Shown here piece after piece: positions 7,091 through 17,388 of a stretch of 41,127 nt of DNA. Source of the DNA: a virus; the UHGV virus genome UHGV-1367297. One strand, written 5' to 3'. The number at the start of each line of letters is the position of its first letter. Position 1 is the stretch's first letter. The notes beneath the pieces were generated by a model, which had not been told where the DNA came from, ran no database searches, and saw nothing but the letters and a program-made list of their open reading frames with translations. Position numbers and translations under genes: made by a program.

Positions 7091-7822
7091 TTACATGGTA
7101 AACAGCGAATCTATCTCGTTGTTTGTAATACTTTCCACGTTTGCATCCGAGCCTGCCGGACCCTGTGGTCCCATTGGTCCAATGTCCCCTTTCTCACCCT
7201 TTAATCCCTGAGGTCCTTGTGGTCCCGTTTCTCCCTTTTCGCCTTTTTCTCCTGCAGGTCCTTGAATCCCCTGTTCACCTTTTGCTCCTGCCGGTCCTGC
7301 TGGTCCAGCAGCCCCCTGTAATCCCTGTGGTCCTTGTGGTCCTGTCATACCTGTGGCTCCCGATAAGTCTGTAATGTAGGTATAGGATTCAGCTCCTTTT
7401 ACGTATAATTTTGCATTGTCAGCATCCTGTACATTTCCGGTGTCAATCATGACAAATTGCCCAGTCTTTACTCCATCGGATGCAAATCCTTTATTCATCG
7501 CATCAACGGAAACGAATGTTTTAGCAATTTTAAACGCTTCACCGGCCGGACCCTGTGGACCCTGTAATCCCTGAGGCCCTTGCGCACCTACTGCACCAGC
7601 TGGTCCTGCTGGTCCCTGTGCTCCAGCTGCGCCGGTTTCTCCTCTGTCTCCTTTATCTCCCTTAAATTCTCCACTTTTAATTGCTTCATCCAGCGATTTT
7701 CCATTATACGTAACATCAGTAGAAACTACTTTGTCAGTTTTCTTTCGAAATGCACCATTTGCCCATTCCTGCATTTTCTCTTTAAATGTTCCAAGTCCTG
7801 TTAAATCTAAAAATTTTGCCAT
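7091..7822 (-). CDS. Collagen-like (Gly-X-Y repeat) tail-fibre protein
   Basis: There are two runs of GxxGxx repeats (GETGAAGAQGPAGPAGAVGAQGPQGLQGPQGPAG…). The central globular domain is homologous to that of the gene at 9360-10457. Confidence 0.6.
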   Translation of the reverse strand: MAKFLDLTGLGTFKEKMQEWANGAFRKKTDKVVSTDVTYNGKSLDEAIKSGEFKGDKGDRGETGAAGAQGPAGPAGAVGAQGPQGLQGPQGPAGEAFKIAKTFVSVDAMNKGFASDGVKTGQFVMIDTGNVQDADNAKLYVKGAESYTYITDLSGATGMTGPQGPQGLQGAAGPAGPAGAKGEQGIQGPAGEKGEKGETGPQGPQGLKGEKGDIGPMGPQGPAGSDANVESITNNEIDSLFTM

Positions 7823-7842
7823 GTTCTTCTCTCTCCTTTTCT

Positions 7843-8037
7843 TTAAAACAATCCATTGATCTCATCTTCTGTGATGATCTCGTTTCCGGCGCCTGCCTCC
7901 AGTTCACCGATTTTCTGCTCTACAGTTTTTCCTTCCGCAAGCTGCACGCTTTCCGCCATGCACAGCGGATAATTTCCATTATTCTTTGTGGATAAGGTGT
8001 TGACGATTACAACACCACCTTCAATGCTCTGTGCCAT
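7843..8037 (-). CDS. Small hypothetical protein (64 aa)
   Basis: It is an ORF lying between the fibre genes on the coding strand of the late operon. Confidence 0.35.
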   Translation of the reverse strand: MAQSIEGGVVIVNTLSTKNNGNYPLCMAESVQLAEGKTVEQKIGELEAGAGNEIITEDEINGLF

Positions 8038-8050
8038 CTTTCAAACCTCC

Positions 8051-8821
8051 TTATTTTACTGTGACTGCTGTAGACCCCAGTCCTGCGTTTACAGACATCC
8101 ATACGTCATAGCTCTGCTTATATCCGGATGCGTTGGTAAACTCCAATGTCTGCGCTTTTGTAAATCCGCCGTCAAATCCACCGACATTAAAAGTCGGAGT
8201 TCCAAATGATGTAGGGATTGCATACACGATCTTCTCACCTGCTCCGGCATTTACTGTAAAACTGCGTCCTCTGCCGCCTGCAAGCGCAGAACCCTCTAAC
8301 GCAAGGATATCCGCATTTGCGAGTGATGCTTTGTTAGTCTTGCCCCAGTATACTTTTGGCTGGAATGCGATTGTCACGGTTCTGGATACAGACGCATCTC
8401 TTTCATCTGTAACAGTAAGAACGATATTCGTATTTGCTTTCACTGTCTTTCCTGTGTATGATTTCTTACGGATGCTCTTATCCAGATTTTCGGCAGCTTC
8501 GCTTGCAAACTGGATTTTCTGGGTCTTAGGTTCTTTATTTAAAGTCCATGTTACATCAGATGCAGTTACTGTCGCGCCGATTTCATTGCTGCTGTTTGTA
8601 GCTGTCAGGCTGTTAATTGCAATCTTGGTATATGCCAGATCGTCAATCTTCTGCTTGTACTCATCTGTAAAATCATTGGCAGATAACCCTTTTCCCTCCT
8701 CTTTTCTTACGTATCTTGCATCGTTTTTCTGTACCAGGTGTGCAAGTCCATCCTGATCCAGGTACTTCTTTTCTGCAGCGATCACTGCTGCTTCTGTTGC
8801 TTTTTTTCTTGGCATTTTCAC
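8051..8821 (-). CDS. Hypothetical tail-fibre or receptor-binding region protein (256 aa)
   Basis: It is a long ORF in the tail-fibre cluster and is rich in T/S/N, which suggests a beta-rich fold. Confidence 0.45.
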   Translation of the reverse strand: MKMPRKKATEAAVIAAEKKYLDQDGLAHLVQKNDARYVRKEEGKGLSANDFTDEYKQKIDDLAYTKIAINSLTATNSSNEIGATVTASDVTWTLNKEPKTQKIQFASEAAENLDKSIRKKSYTGKTVKANTNIVLTVTDERDASVSRTVTIAFQPKVYWGKTNKASLANADILALEGSALAGGRGRSFTVNAGAGEKIVYAIPTSFGTPTFNVGGFDGGFTKAQTLEFTNASGYKQSYDVWMSVNAGLGSTAVTVK

Positions 8822-9357
8822 TCTGCTCCTTTCATAATCTCGTCAATCTCCGAATTGGTGATCGACTCTATCTCCACAGTCCCGCCGCTGTTTGGCAGAT
8901 TTACGGAGCTGATTGTATCCTTACCAGACAAAAGCTGCAGTTGATTCCCCTCTAACTGCAGCCCGTCTCCTTTTTGCTTTAACCGCTCCACGATCTGTTC
9001 CAGTGCATGTTTATCCGCTGGGGCCTCATAATCTTCTGGCTTTTTTCGTGCTTTTACACTTAACCGAATTTCAAATATGGTCTTTCCTTCTCCCGGAATA
9101 GTCTTATATACATATGCCTGGATTGTTCCACTTCTTTTCAGTAATTCATTTGGAATGTCGACTGTGATGTCACCGTCTTCCACTTTCCCAAGTACCACCA
9201 ATGCACCATTCGTACATTTGTCAGTGAAATGTACTTGTATTTGTTCTTCTTCTACTTCCATTCCGCAGATCTGTAAAACCTGTCCGTAATCCCATTGTGT
9301 AAGTTTTCCATCGATATCCACACGCCTGGAGCATTCATCAAATACTGCAATTATCAT
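8818..9357 (-). CDS. Hypothetical tail protein (179 aa)
   Basis: The ORF shows operon continuity, overlapping its neighbours in the usual 4-nt start/stop pattern. Confidence 0.45.
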   Translation of the reverse strand: MIIAVFDECSRRVDIDGKLTQWDYGQVLQICGMEVEEEQIQVHFTDKCTNGALVVLGKVEDGDITVDIPNELLKRSGTIQAYVYKTIPGEGKTIFEIRLSVKARKKPEDYEAPADKHALEQIVERLKQKGDGLQLEGNQLQLLSGKDTISSVNLPNSGGTVEIESITNSEIDEIMKGAE

Positions 9358-9359
9358 TC

Positions 9360-10457
9360 TTATGCACCTCCTCCAAGCGAATCGATATCCGAATTCGGAA
9401 TCCCCTCTATCCCTGTTACTTCTCCGGAATCACCCCGGGGAATTTCGAAATCAAATACCGCCTCTGTTTCTGTACCCGAATTTTCAACAGACGCCTCTGT
9501 TCCTGCCTCCCCGGTCGTAGTAGTTCCGATCCGTATTGTTGCTGCTTTTCCTGCCGGTCCTTCCGGACCCTGAATACGTCCTACATTTTTCCACTGGCCA
9601 GATACGTTGTCCCATACATATAGATTTCCATCTACCAGATAGGATTCGCCCGCATTTCCTGTTGGATGTTCTCTGTTCAATTCCTCTTCTGTTTTATAGG
9701 AACCCAGTATAGTAACACCCGTTCCATCTTTCCCTGGATCCCCCTGAATCCCTTTTTCTCCTCTTGGACCAGGATCCCCTTTCTCTCCTTTAGCCCCTGT
9801 TGCACCGGATAAATCTACCATGTACTCATATCCAGTTGCGCCCTTTCTATAAACCTTGGCATTATCTGCATCATCCGGGTTACCGGTACTTATCATCACA
9901 ATCGCATTTTCCGGAAGACCATCGGTTTCAAATCCTGCATTCATCTGTCCTACAGAGGCATAAATCTTTTGCACGTTTAAAGCAATGCTTCCACTTTCTA
10001 TGGTTCCTGACTGCAGAGAATCAATTTCAATCGTTGTAATTTCAATCGGATCATACTTCTCCAAACGATTTAGTATATCTACGAGCGCCTGATATTCATT
10101 AGTTGACTGTATTTCGGATACAGCCACTAAGTTTTCTCTGACCTCCATCTTCACTTTGAATGATGTGACAGCATTGCTACCATCAATCAAATGTAGCTGG
10201 CATTCCGTATTTCCCACTTCTGCAACCATTTGCTGCGTCAAACTGAACAGGACGCAATAATTGCTTATCACGGTTCCTTCTGTGTAAGTTTCTGATCCGC
10301 TTGGTTTCTTACAATAAATCCTGGCCTTACTGATTGTCTTTGCCATTCCGGAAATCATACAGCGCAGAAGTCTGCCCGAATCGTACTGTACTGCATAGAT
10401 TGTTTGCATAATTCCCGGGTTTCTCACGTCAATGTATAAAGTTGTCGTTGTTTCCAT
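9360..10457 (-). CDS. Collagen-like (Gly-X-Y repeat) tail-fibre protein, paralogue of 7091-7822
   Basis: Gly-X-Y repeats are present (GATGAKGEKGDPGPRGEKGIQGDPGKDG and GPEGPAGKA). The block GFETDGLPENAIVMISTGNPDDADNAKVYRKGATGYEYMVDLSGATG aligns with GFASDGVKTGQFVMIDTGNVQDADNAKLYVKGAESYTYITDLSGATG in the gene at 7091-7822. Confidence 0.6.
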   Translation of the reverse strand: METTTTLYIDVRNPGIMQTIYAVQYDSGRLLRCMISGMAKTISKARIYCKKPSGSETYTEGTVISNYCVLFSLTQQMVAEVGNTECQLHLIDGSNAVTSFKVKMEVRENLVAVSEIQSTNEYQALVDILNRLEKYDPIEITTIEIDSLQSGTIESGSIALNVQKIYASVGQMNAGFETDGLPENAIVMISTGNPDDADNAKVYRKGATGYEYMVDLSGATGAKGEKGDPGPRGEKGIQGDPGKDGTGVTILGSYKTEEELNREHPTGNAGESYLVDGNLYVWDNVSGQWKNVGRIQGPEGPAGKAATIRIGTTTTGEAGTEASVENSGTETEAVFDFEIPRGDSGEVTGIEGIPNSDIDSLGGGA

Positions 10458-10472
10458 ATCACACCTTCTTTC

Positions 10473-11471
10473 TTATCCTGGTATCCACCTAACGAGGTAA
10501 ACGTCTCCCGGCAACACACCTCCACCGCTTTTGTATCGCAGCACACAGTCCCACGGATAGTTATAGTATCCGGTTGTCCAAATTTCCTCTCCTGTCTGAT
10601 CACCAGTCTGGCCGCCGGTTGTTCCGCCAAATTCATTTTGGCTGGCCTGCACAACCTGTCCATTTCCAATTCCCATTGCAGTATGGTTTACGATGTTCAG
10701 AAGGATATCCCCTCTTTGTACACCGGATCCTGTTGCCAGATTTATCTGCCCTGTCACATCCGTAAAACCGCAATTCAAAAATATTTCCCGCATATTGCCG
10801 GTGTAGGTTGCCCCATTGCTTTTTACTGGAACCCCGGCATTTTCCCACGCCTGAATCAATAACGAGGAGCAATCGTAATCTGGTCCCCATCGATTTGCCT
10901 GATCATATCCGTGGCTATTATCATTTGCAATTTGAATCGCCCAGTTTACCGCAGCTTCTATTTTTTCAGATCCTCCTACATATTGACTCAGGTAGTTGTA
11001 CCAATATCTTGCCTGCTGCCGCCTCTCGGCTTCCACTTCTACGCCTGCACGTTCAAAGTTTTTCAAAAATGCAGATGCCAGATATTCCGGTGATTCTCCG
11101 CTGACCTTAAACTGATCAAACGACAGCGGATATGCAGCGGTTGCAATCCACTGACCAAAAGAAACTGTAACAGAATCTATCCACGTAAGCTGACCGTTTG
11201 GATCCGTAATTCCATATCCGTTCGCACCTGCCCAATTTGTATAATTTGTTGCCGGTGTCCACTGTACCAGTCCAAAACCTCCACTATAGTTTCCCTCCTG
11301 CAGGCTTTGCCAGATTCCGGGATTGATGTTCGATTCACTTTGCATGTTGCCGCATATCCCAGCAATAGCATTCAGCGACCATCCTTTTTGTTCAAAAAAA
11401 CTTAGTACTTCTCTTGCATTCCCCTGCATCTGCTCTGCGGTCAGATAAAAGTTTCCTATCGTCCATGACAT
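10473..11471 (-). CDS. Tail-associated peptidoglycan hydrolase (phage-tail-lysozyme-like N-domain plus a Cys peptidase of NlpC/P60-CHAP type)
   Basis: The N-terminal region AIAGICGNMQSESNINPGIWQ resembles the phage tail lysozyme family. A later DYDCSSLLIQAWENAG provides a catalytic-Cys context. It lies immediately downstream of Tal. Confidence 0.55.
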   Translation of the reverse strand: MSWTIGNFYLTAEQMQGNAREVLSFFEQKGWSLNAIAGICGNMQSESNINPGIWQSLQEGNYSGGFGLVQWTPATNYTNWAGANGYGITDPNGQLTWIDSVTVSFGQWIATAAYPLSFDQFKVSGESPEYLASAFLKNFERAGVEVEAERRQQARYWYNYLSQYVGGSEKIEAAVNWAIQIANDNSHGYDQANRWGPDYDCSSLLIQAWENAGVPVKSNGATYTGNMREIFLNCGFTDVTGQINLATGSGVQRGDILLNIVNHTAMGIGNGQVVQASQNEFGGTTGGQTGDQTGEEIWTTGYYNYPWDCVLRYKSGGGVLPGDVYLVRWIPG

Positions 11472-13324
11472 CAGAAATCACCTTCTTTCGTGATTCCGCC
11501 CACAAGAAATCCTTTTTCAAACCTTAGATTTGTCCCATTCGAAAAAACTGCAGTTCCAGTCTTTCCGTAAACTCCGGGTCCAACGTTTTCCGCATCTAAC
11601 AGAACCGCATCCTTCGTGATCCTTAGTAAGTTTTTGCTGTCTTCTTTGTTTCCATCGGTGAATAACAGTGCATTTCCAACATACGTCATACAAAGAACGC
11701 CCTCATCCTTTTTGTTTGAAAATAATATTGTTCCGTCCTTTATTGTCACACGCCGATTATCGCTCAAAGAATCGCAGATATATTTCCCTTCTGCGTAAAT
11801 TCCATCTTTATCCAGTCTGACTATTTCTTTCCCGCTTGCATCCAGCACCCTTGCAACGCCACTATTATTGTCAAATCCTCCGATTTCCAATGTTCCACCT
11901 CTGATCCGATCAGCCAGCATTGTTCCTGCTGTGATAAAATCAGCAAAGAATCCCTGTCCTGTTCCAAAGGTGGACCAGTCCCAGTCTCTTCCATCTGCAG
12001 TTCTTTTACTGGCAATCTCGAACCCCATTGTACCAAGGCACATTGCTCCAAACGTTTCCGACTCCGGATTCAAATCTTCAAATAAAACAGCGCGTACTTT
12101 CTGTTTTTGTGCGATGTCGGACTGTGCCCGAAACTGTGCTTTCACTCCGTTTATGATGCCGTTGACCTGTGCTCCTATCACAGTGCCATCCGGTCGGATT
12201 GCACTTTCTATCCGATTTGACATACTTGATACATCCGCAATGAAATTATATTGAAAGTCTCCCAACACAACAGATGCAACCTCTTCATTGATGCAATCCC
12301 ATTCCAGTTCTATGACACGTGCATCTGTTACAATATCCAGTTTGCTGTGACGACAATGTACCGTGTCTCCGATAGAAACTTCTTCCAGTTCCCGGATATC
12401 CGCGTACAATTCCGTATCATGCAGCATAACCATATCAGCGGATATCGTAACCTTCGGCTTGTCAATTCCAGCTTCAAACTGTTCCTCGCATTTTTCTTTT
12501 AACGCATTGTTCAGTTCTTCCTGTGTATTGCAGATCACGATTCCGTTCTCTTCGTCATCTTCCGCAGCATCGGCCTTCATCTTCACATCTTCAAATGTGA
12601 TCACTCCGTATTTTATTGTTGGATATTTATCAAGCAGTGGTGAGTCCACCCACGGTTCATTCCCCTCTATCATGTATCCGTTATATGCCTTTGGTACAAT
12701 CCTTGTAATGACCTCGCTGGTATCAATCTCTTCCTGCAGCCCGTTTTCCGCAATGTTTTTCCCGTATAAAACCTGCACCCCATGATCGATTCCAACTCGG
12801 TCATTGACGGTGATCATATAATTATCAAAAAGAACCTCACCGCCCCATCTGTTCAGGAAGGAGTTCTCCTCTTCTCCGCAGATTGCTTCGATCAGGTTCT
12901 TTGTCTGGTAATATGCTGTTGATATTATTTTGATATTAGATTTTCCACTGTACTTTTTATTTGGTGCGGTCATGATGTCCAGTGCCTGCTGCCCGTTTTT
13001 TTCCGTTGGACGTATATCCAACAGAAAACAATCATCAATCGCATCCATAAAAACCGGTTCCAGTTCTGCACTCACGCCAGCATCTGATTTTGCTTTCTTT
13101 TTGATCCGAAATAACTGTGTTCCATTGAATGACTCCAGTTTTACGACTGCGTCCTCTTCTATCCACTTCCAACGTCCCTCTTCATCGATCGGGTGCTGAA
13201 TCTCCGCTTTCCAACTTCCGTTTAGTATTGCTTTTACAGAAGCGCTCTCCGGAAGTAATGGCATATCACCGTTATGTTCATAATCCGTATTTTCTGGTTT
13301 ATAAAGTTCTATCCTTATAAGCAC
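11471..13324 (-). CDS. Tail-associated protein (Tal/endopeptidase-type baseplate hub), 617 aa
   Basis: Its size and its position after Dit and the tape measure fit the siphovirus Tal/prophage-tail family. Confidence 0.6.
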   Translation of the reverse strand: MLIRIELYKPENTDYEHNGDMPLLPESASVKAILNGSWKAEIQHPIDEEGRWKWIEEDAVVKLESFNGTQLFRIKKKAKSDAGVSAELEPVFMDAIDDCFLLDIRPTEKNGQQALDIMTAPNKKYSGKSNIKIISTAYYQTKNLIEAICGEEENSFLNRWGGEVLFDNYMITVNDRVGIDHGVQVLYGKNIAENGLQEEIDTSEVITRIVPKAYNGYMIEGNEPWVDSPLLDKYPTIKYGVITFEDVKMKADAAEDDEENGIVICNTQEELNNALKEKCEEQFEAGIDKPKVTISADMVMLHDTELYADIRELEEVSIGDTVHCRHSKLDIVTDARVIELEWDCINEEVASVVLGDFQYNFIADVSSMSNRIESAIRPDGTVIGAQVNGIINGVKAQFRAQSDIAQKQKVRAVLFEDLNPESETFGAMCLGTMGFEIASKRTADGRDWDWSTFGTGQGFFADFITAGTMLADRIRGGTLEIGGFDNNSGVARVLDASGKEIVRLDKDGIYAEGKYICDSLSDNRRVTIKDGTILFSNKKDEGVLCMTYVGNALLFTDGNKEDSKNLLRITKDAVLLDAENVGPGVYGKTGTAVFSNGTNLRFEKGFLVGGITKEGDF

Positions 13325-14013
13325 CTCCAGTTCGGAATCACTTTCAGATCAAATCCTCTTGAGATATACACGGTATTCTCTCCCGGTAAAAGATGTAGTT
13401 CTGCATAATCTCCATACACAGATGTGTTCATCAATTTTCCATCTTTTCTGTATGCCATCAGCCTGTCTGTATCAATCACCAGATTCTGGCCAACATTCGC
13501 TTTCATTTGACTTCCGTTTACCTGCAGGATGCACTCACCTTCACCTGTGATCAAATAGACTGGTCTTGATCTGTCATATGGATTGTAAAACACCTCTTCC
13601 GGTGTATATTCTGCTTTTCCATCTGTTCGATATCGGTATCCCTCACACGTAAATTCTACATCAAACTCTCCGACCTCTTTTACTTGCCGTTCTGCTGCAT
13701 TGATCTTAGTATGTTTTACGTGATAGAAATACTCCAGTTCATCGCTTAAAATCAGTTCTGTATCATCTTTTCTCATAAGCCATCTTCTCGCAGCCCGAAA
13801 TCGTTCCTGCCATCTTTGAGGATTTTCTGCAAATGTAAATGGAACTGTGATTGTAATGTCGCTCACAGTTCCATCTTCTTTGAATATGCTCCCATCTCTT
13901 CCCGGTATGTTCAATTCCGTATAGTTATACTCTGCCGAAGGGATAGACGGTCTTTCTCGTACAAGTATTCCTATTTCTGTATTTGTATGGCCGTTTCTGA
14001 TAATTTCATACAT
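13315..14013 (-). CDS. Distal tail protein (Dit)
   Basis: It is about 230 aa and lies immediately downstream of the tape measure and upstream of Tal. Confidence 0.55.
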   Translation of the reverse strand: MYEIIRNGHTNTEIGILVRERPSIPSAEYNYTELNIPGRDGSIFKEDGTVSDITITVPFTFAENPQRWQERFRAARRWLMRKDDTELILSDELEYFYHVKHTKINAAERQVKEVGEFDVEFTCEGYRYRTDGKAEYTPEEVFYNPYDRSRPVYLITGEGECILQVNGSQMKANVGQNLVIDTDRLMAYRKDGKLMNTSVYGDYAELHLLPGENTVYISRGFDLKVIPNWRCL

Positions 14014-17000
14014 TTACCGTCTCCCCTTTCCTCTTTTTGTGTGATGTACTTGAGATGTAAATCCTTTTTTGGCTGTTTCTACAATATAAGAATCAAGCTT
14101 TTGATTTCCAATTTGCACACCGACATTATTGTTCAAAACAATGTTAGTCTGTGTAGCACTTGCCAGAGCTGGAGTTCCTCCGTACATACTCTCACTCATC
14201 GTCTTGGCAACTCTTTTTACCGCATTGGAAACCTTGTACACATTCTTATTGATTCCTTTTACCATTCCATCGATAAAATCCGGCATCCATGTTTCATAAT
14301 CTCTCAAAGGACCTTCATCTGGTCTTGAAAAATGCAGGAAAGAACGAATCTTGTCTCCAATTCCTCTTACTGCATCTATAATCCCATTTACTCCGGATAA
14401 AATTCCTTCTGTTAATCCGTGGATGAAATCAGCACCCCACTCCTTCGCATTGTCTATCCACCCGGAAATCGTAGATCCTATTTTGTCAAAAATATTACTT
14501 ACAATTTGTGGTAGTTCCTGAATTGTATTTTTGATTCCATCACGCAATGCCTCAAACCCACTGATTGCAGAATTTCTCGCGTTGTCCACCGTAGTTTTTA
14601 TTGTATTTTGAATATTGTTCCATATATTCGACATGGATTCCTGAATATTGCTTCCTATTCTTTCAGCTGTATTTTGTATGCTGTTCCAAATATTTTCTAA
14701 CTGTGTTTTCAATGCATTCATCAATGTAGATACAATTTCATTTGTCATCTCTACTTTTGTTAAGATTACTGTTTTTATCGCATCCCAGAAATTTTCCGTA
14801 ATGCTTTGAATTGCAGTCCATATATTTGTAAATGCATTTTTGATATTGTTCAGAATATTCTCAAGATCGGATTTTAATCTTTTAAAATCTCCGGTCACAA
14901 GATCAATCAAAAGAAGAACTGGAGCCAATGTTGCATTTTTGATAAATTCCCAAGTATTCTCAGCCAACATTTTTATTCCAGTCCAGATTCCGCCTAAATC
15001 TTCTTTTAGCCGTTCGAAAGAATCTTTGATAATCGATATCAATTCTTTGATAATCGGAATTTCCATGATACTTGTCCATACAGATTCAAACTTTGCCTGT
15101 ACACTATCCCATATACCACTCCACCATGCCGGTATTCCTTGAAAGAACGATACCATCTCATTCCATGCATTGGGAATCGTTTCTGTAAAAAATTCTACAA
15201 TTCCATCCCATGCTGCAAAAAATCCGTCTTTGATTGCCTTTAAAATCCCGTTCACACCATCACGGAACCATTCGAATTTATTGTATAAAGCAACCAATGT
15301 CACTATAATTGCCGTTATAGCCGCAATTACAGGATGTGCCGTTATTATTCCAAGTAACCCCGTTACTGCCGTTTTAATTCCACCAATCAGATTTGTCACC
15401 ACTCCTCCAATTCCGGATAATTTCGACAGCGTACCTGCTACCGCAGATATCCCCAGTGATATCTGGCCGATTACCATCAGTAGTGGACCTAATGCTGCAA
15501 CCAGAATTCCGACTACTACAATCACCTGTTGCACGCCTTCCGGTAGTGCTGAAAATTTATTGACAAGTGCGGTAATAAGTTCTGCTACCTTCTGGACAAT
15601 TGGTGCCAGCGTATCTCCAATCTGAATCGCTGCAGTTTCCAGAGATCCTTTTAATTCCTCGATTGCTCTTGATCCATCACTCATCTGAGAATTTGCCAGC
15701 CTTTGTGCTGCTTCCTGATCATTTGCCGCATTGATATATTTCTGAATCCCTTCAGTCCCGCTATCCATCATCACAGTAGCAGCTCGCATTGCATCGGATC
15801 CGAAGATTGTCGATAACGCCGCATCTCTGGATGCCGAATCCAAACCTCCAAGTTTATTCTGCAACTCCTCAGCAATCTCTGAAGCTCCAAGGAGATCCCC
15901 ATTGGAATCTCTTGTCTGTATTCCAAGCTGTTTAATCATTGTTGCAGCGCTATCTGTTGGTGCCGCCAGCCTCTGGAGCATGGTTTTTAAAGATGTTCCG
16001 GCATCGCTTCCCTCGATTCCGGCATCTGCAAAACGAGCCAAAACCGCTGTTGTTTCCTGTATAGACCATCCAGCGTTTTTTGCTCCAGCAGAACACTGTG
16101 CCAGTGCCTGTGTGAGAGGTTCTACATCCGTAGAAGATGCAGCTGCTGCCCCGGCCAAAGCGTTTGCCGCTTCTGCAGACTCATTCGCAGACAGACCAAA
16201 CGCTCCCATTGCCTGTACAACAACATTTGCTGCCTCTCCAAGATCCATCCCGGAAGATGCCGCAAGGTCCATTGTAGTTTTTAATGCCCCTGCTTTAATG
16301 TCGGCTTCTGTCAAACCACCTTTTGCCAGTTCTGTGATCGCATTCCCTGCATCTGTTGCGGAAAAGACGGTATCCTGTCCGGTCTGGATTGCAAGCTGTC
16401 TTAGATCTTCCATTTCAGACATGGGCTTATCAAGTGCTCCCGCCGCCTGACTCATTGCATCGTTGAAATTATTTGCCATAACAGTGGATGCAACCCCTAC
16501 ACCGGTCAGTGCCCCCGTTACCGGTAGCAAGGATTGTCCCACTCCTTTGACCTTATTTCCAAACTCTCCGGATACCGCAGATACTTTTGCAAGATTCGCA
16601 CTTGCACTTCCTGTAGTCTCTTTTAGTGATTTCAGTTTCTGTTCTGTCTCAACAATCTCTCTTTGAAGAGAATCGAATCCTTCTGGACTGATCGGCTGTC
16701 CAAATTCATCATCTACTTGCTTTTTCTGTGCTTTCAGTTCTTTCAGTTTATCAGACGATTGGTCTACCTCTGTCTGCAGTTTTTTGTACTCTTCCGTATC
16801 AATCTGACCACTTTCTTCCATAGACTTCATGCTCTTTTTGAGCTTGTCCATTTTTTCGTTGGTCTTTACAATCTCCTCTTGAATCGGAGTATACGCCTCT
16901 TTCCAAGCATCATAATTTCCGGCGGTTTTTGCTGCCTGTTCGCTTGCCTGTTTTAAAGTTTCCAGCCTGTTTTTTGTTTCACTGATCGACTGTTGCAGCA

Positions 17001-17124
17001 ACTTCTGCTTCTGATTCAGCAATTCCGTATTCGTGGGATCCAGCTTCAGCAATTTATTGACATCTTTTAATGACTGTTCTACACCGTATAGTTTTTTGTC
17101 AACACCGGACAGTGCCTTTTCCAA
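14014..17124 (-). CDS. Tail tape measure protein (1036 aa; TTG start)
   Basis: It is very long. It has coiled-coil N-terminal and C-terminal regions and a central hydrophobic Gly/Ala-rich segment (VVVGILVAALGPLLMVIGQISLGISAVAGTL…). The first codon is TTG at 17122-17124. Confidence 0.85.
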   Translation of the reverse strand: MEKALSGVDKKLYGVEQSLKDVNKLLKLDPTNTELLNQKQKLLQQSISETKNRLETLKQASEQAAKTAGNYDAWKEAYTPIQEEIVKTNEKMDKLKKSMKSMEESGQIDTEEYKKLQTEVDQSSDKLKELKAQKKQVDDEFGQPISPEGFDSLQREIVETEQKLKSLKETTGSASANLAKVSAVSGEFGNKVKGVGQSLLPVTGALTGVGVASTVMANNFNDAMSQAAGALDKPMSEMEDLRQLAIQTGQDTVFSATDAGNAITELAKGGLTEADIKAGALKTTMDLAASSGMDLGEAANVVVQAMGAFGLSANESAEAANALAGAAAASSTDVEPLTQALAQCSAGAKNAGWSIQETTAVLARFADAGIEGSDAGTSLKTMLQRLAAPTDSAATMIKQLGIQTRDSNGDLLGASEIAEELQNKLGGLDSASRDAALSTIFGSDAMRAATVMMDSGTEGIQKYINAANDQEAAQRLANSQMSDGSRAIEELKGSLETAAIQIGDTLAPIVQKVAELITALVNKFSALPEGVQQVIVVVGILVAALGPLLMVIGQISLGISAVAGTLSKLSGIGGVVTNLIGGIKTAVTGLLGIITAHPVIAAITAIIVTLVALYNKFEWFRDGVNGILKAIKDGFFAAWDGIVEFFTETIPNAWNEMVSFFQGIPAWWSGIWDSVQAKFESVWTSIMEIPIIKELISIIKDSFERLKEDLGGIWTGIKMLAENTWEFIKNATLAPVLLLIDLVTGDFKRLKSDLENILNNIKNAFTNIWTAIQSITENFWDAIKTVILTKVEMTNEIVSTLMNALKTQLENIWNSIQNTAERIGSNIQESMSNIWNNIQNTIKTTVDNARNSAISGFEALRDGIKNTIQELPQIVSNIFDKIGSTISGWIDNAKEWGADFIHGLTEGILSGVNGIIDAVRGIGDKIRSFLHFSRPDEGPLRDYETWMPDFIDGMVKGINKNVYKVSNAVKRVAKTMSESMYGGTPALASATQTNIVLNNNVGVQIGNQKLDSYIVETAKKGFTSQVHHTKRGKGRR

Positions 17125-17193
17125 CTTGGAAGTATCGCCGCCAATCTCTATGGTAATGCCTTTTATTCTGCTCCCTGCCCTTACATCCCTCCT

Positions 17194-17388
17194 TTACAGT
17201 GCATCAATATCCGCCTGTGTTGCAATTTTCGGATAATCATACTCATCATTCTTCATTTCGATAAACATATCGTTGATCATTCCAATGCTTAACAGGTCTA
17301 AATCAGAAATAGAAATACCGCATTGTGCACATCGAAGCATAAACAATGCGGTATTGACCTCACGGTCTATTTCCCTCTCTTTTTTTTT
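17194..17388 (-). other. Programmed -1 ribosomal frameshift extension of the tail chaperone (GT-like product)
   Basis: The slippery heptamer A_AAA_AAG is the reverse complement of the T-run at 17380-17388. The -1 frame stays open for 57 codons (EREIDREVNTALFMLRCAQCGISISDLDLLSIGMINDMFIEMKNDEYDYPKIATQADIDAL) to a TAA at 17194-17196. Confidence 0.55.

Noticed and set aside
7091-10457. Possible diversity-generating retroelement targeting the tail fibres
   Set aside because: There is no reverse-transcriptase-like ORF (no YxDD motif) anywhere in the window. The fibre similarity is protein-level paralogy, not a TR/VR nucleotide repeat.
14840-17236. Multiple + strand ORFs (67-182 aa) opposite the tape-measure gene
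   Set aside because: They are shadow ORFs created by the Ala/Gly/Ser-rich codon bias of the 1036-aa tape measure on the other strand. They show no start signals.
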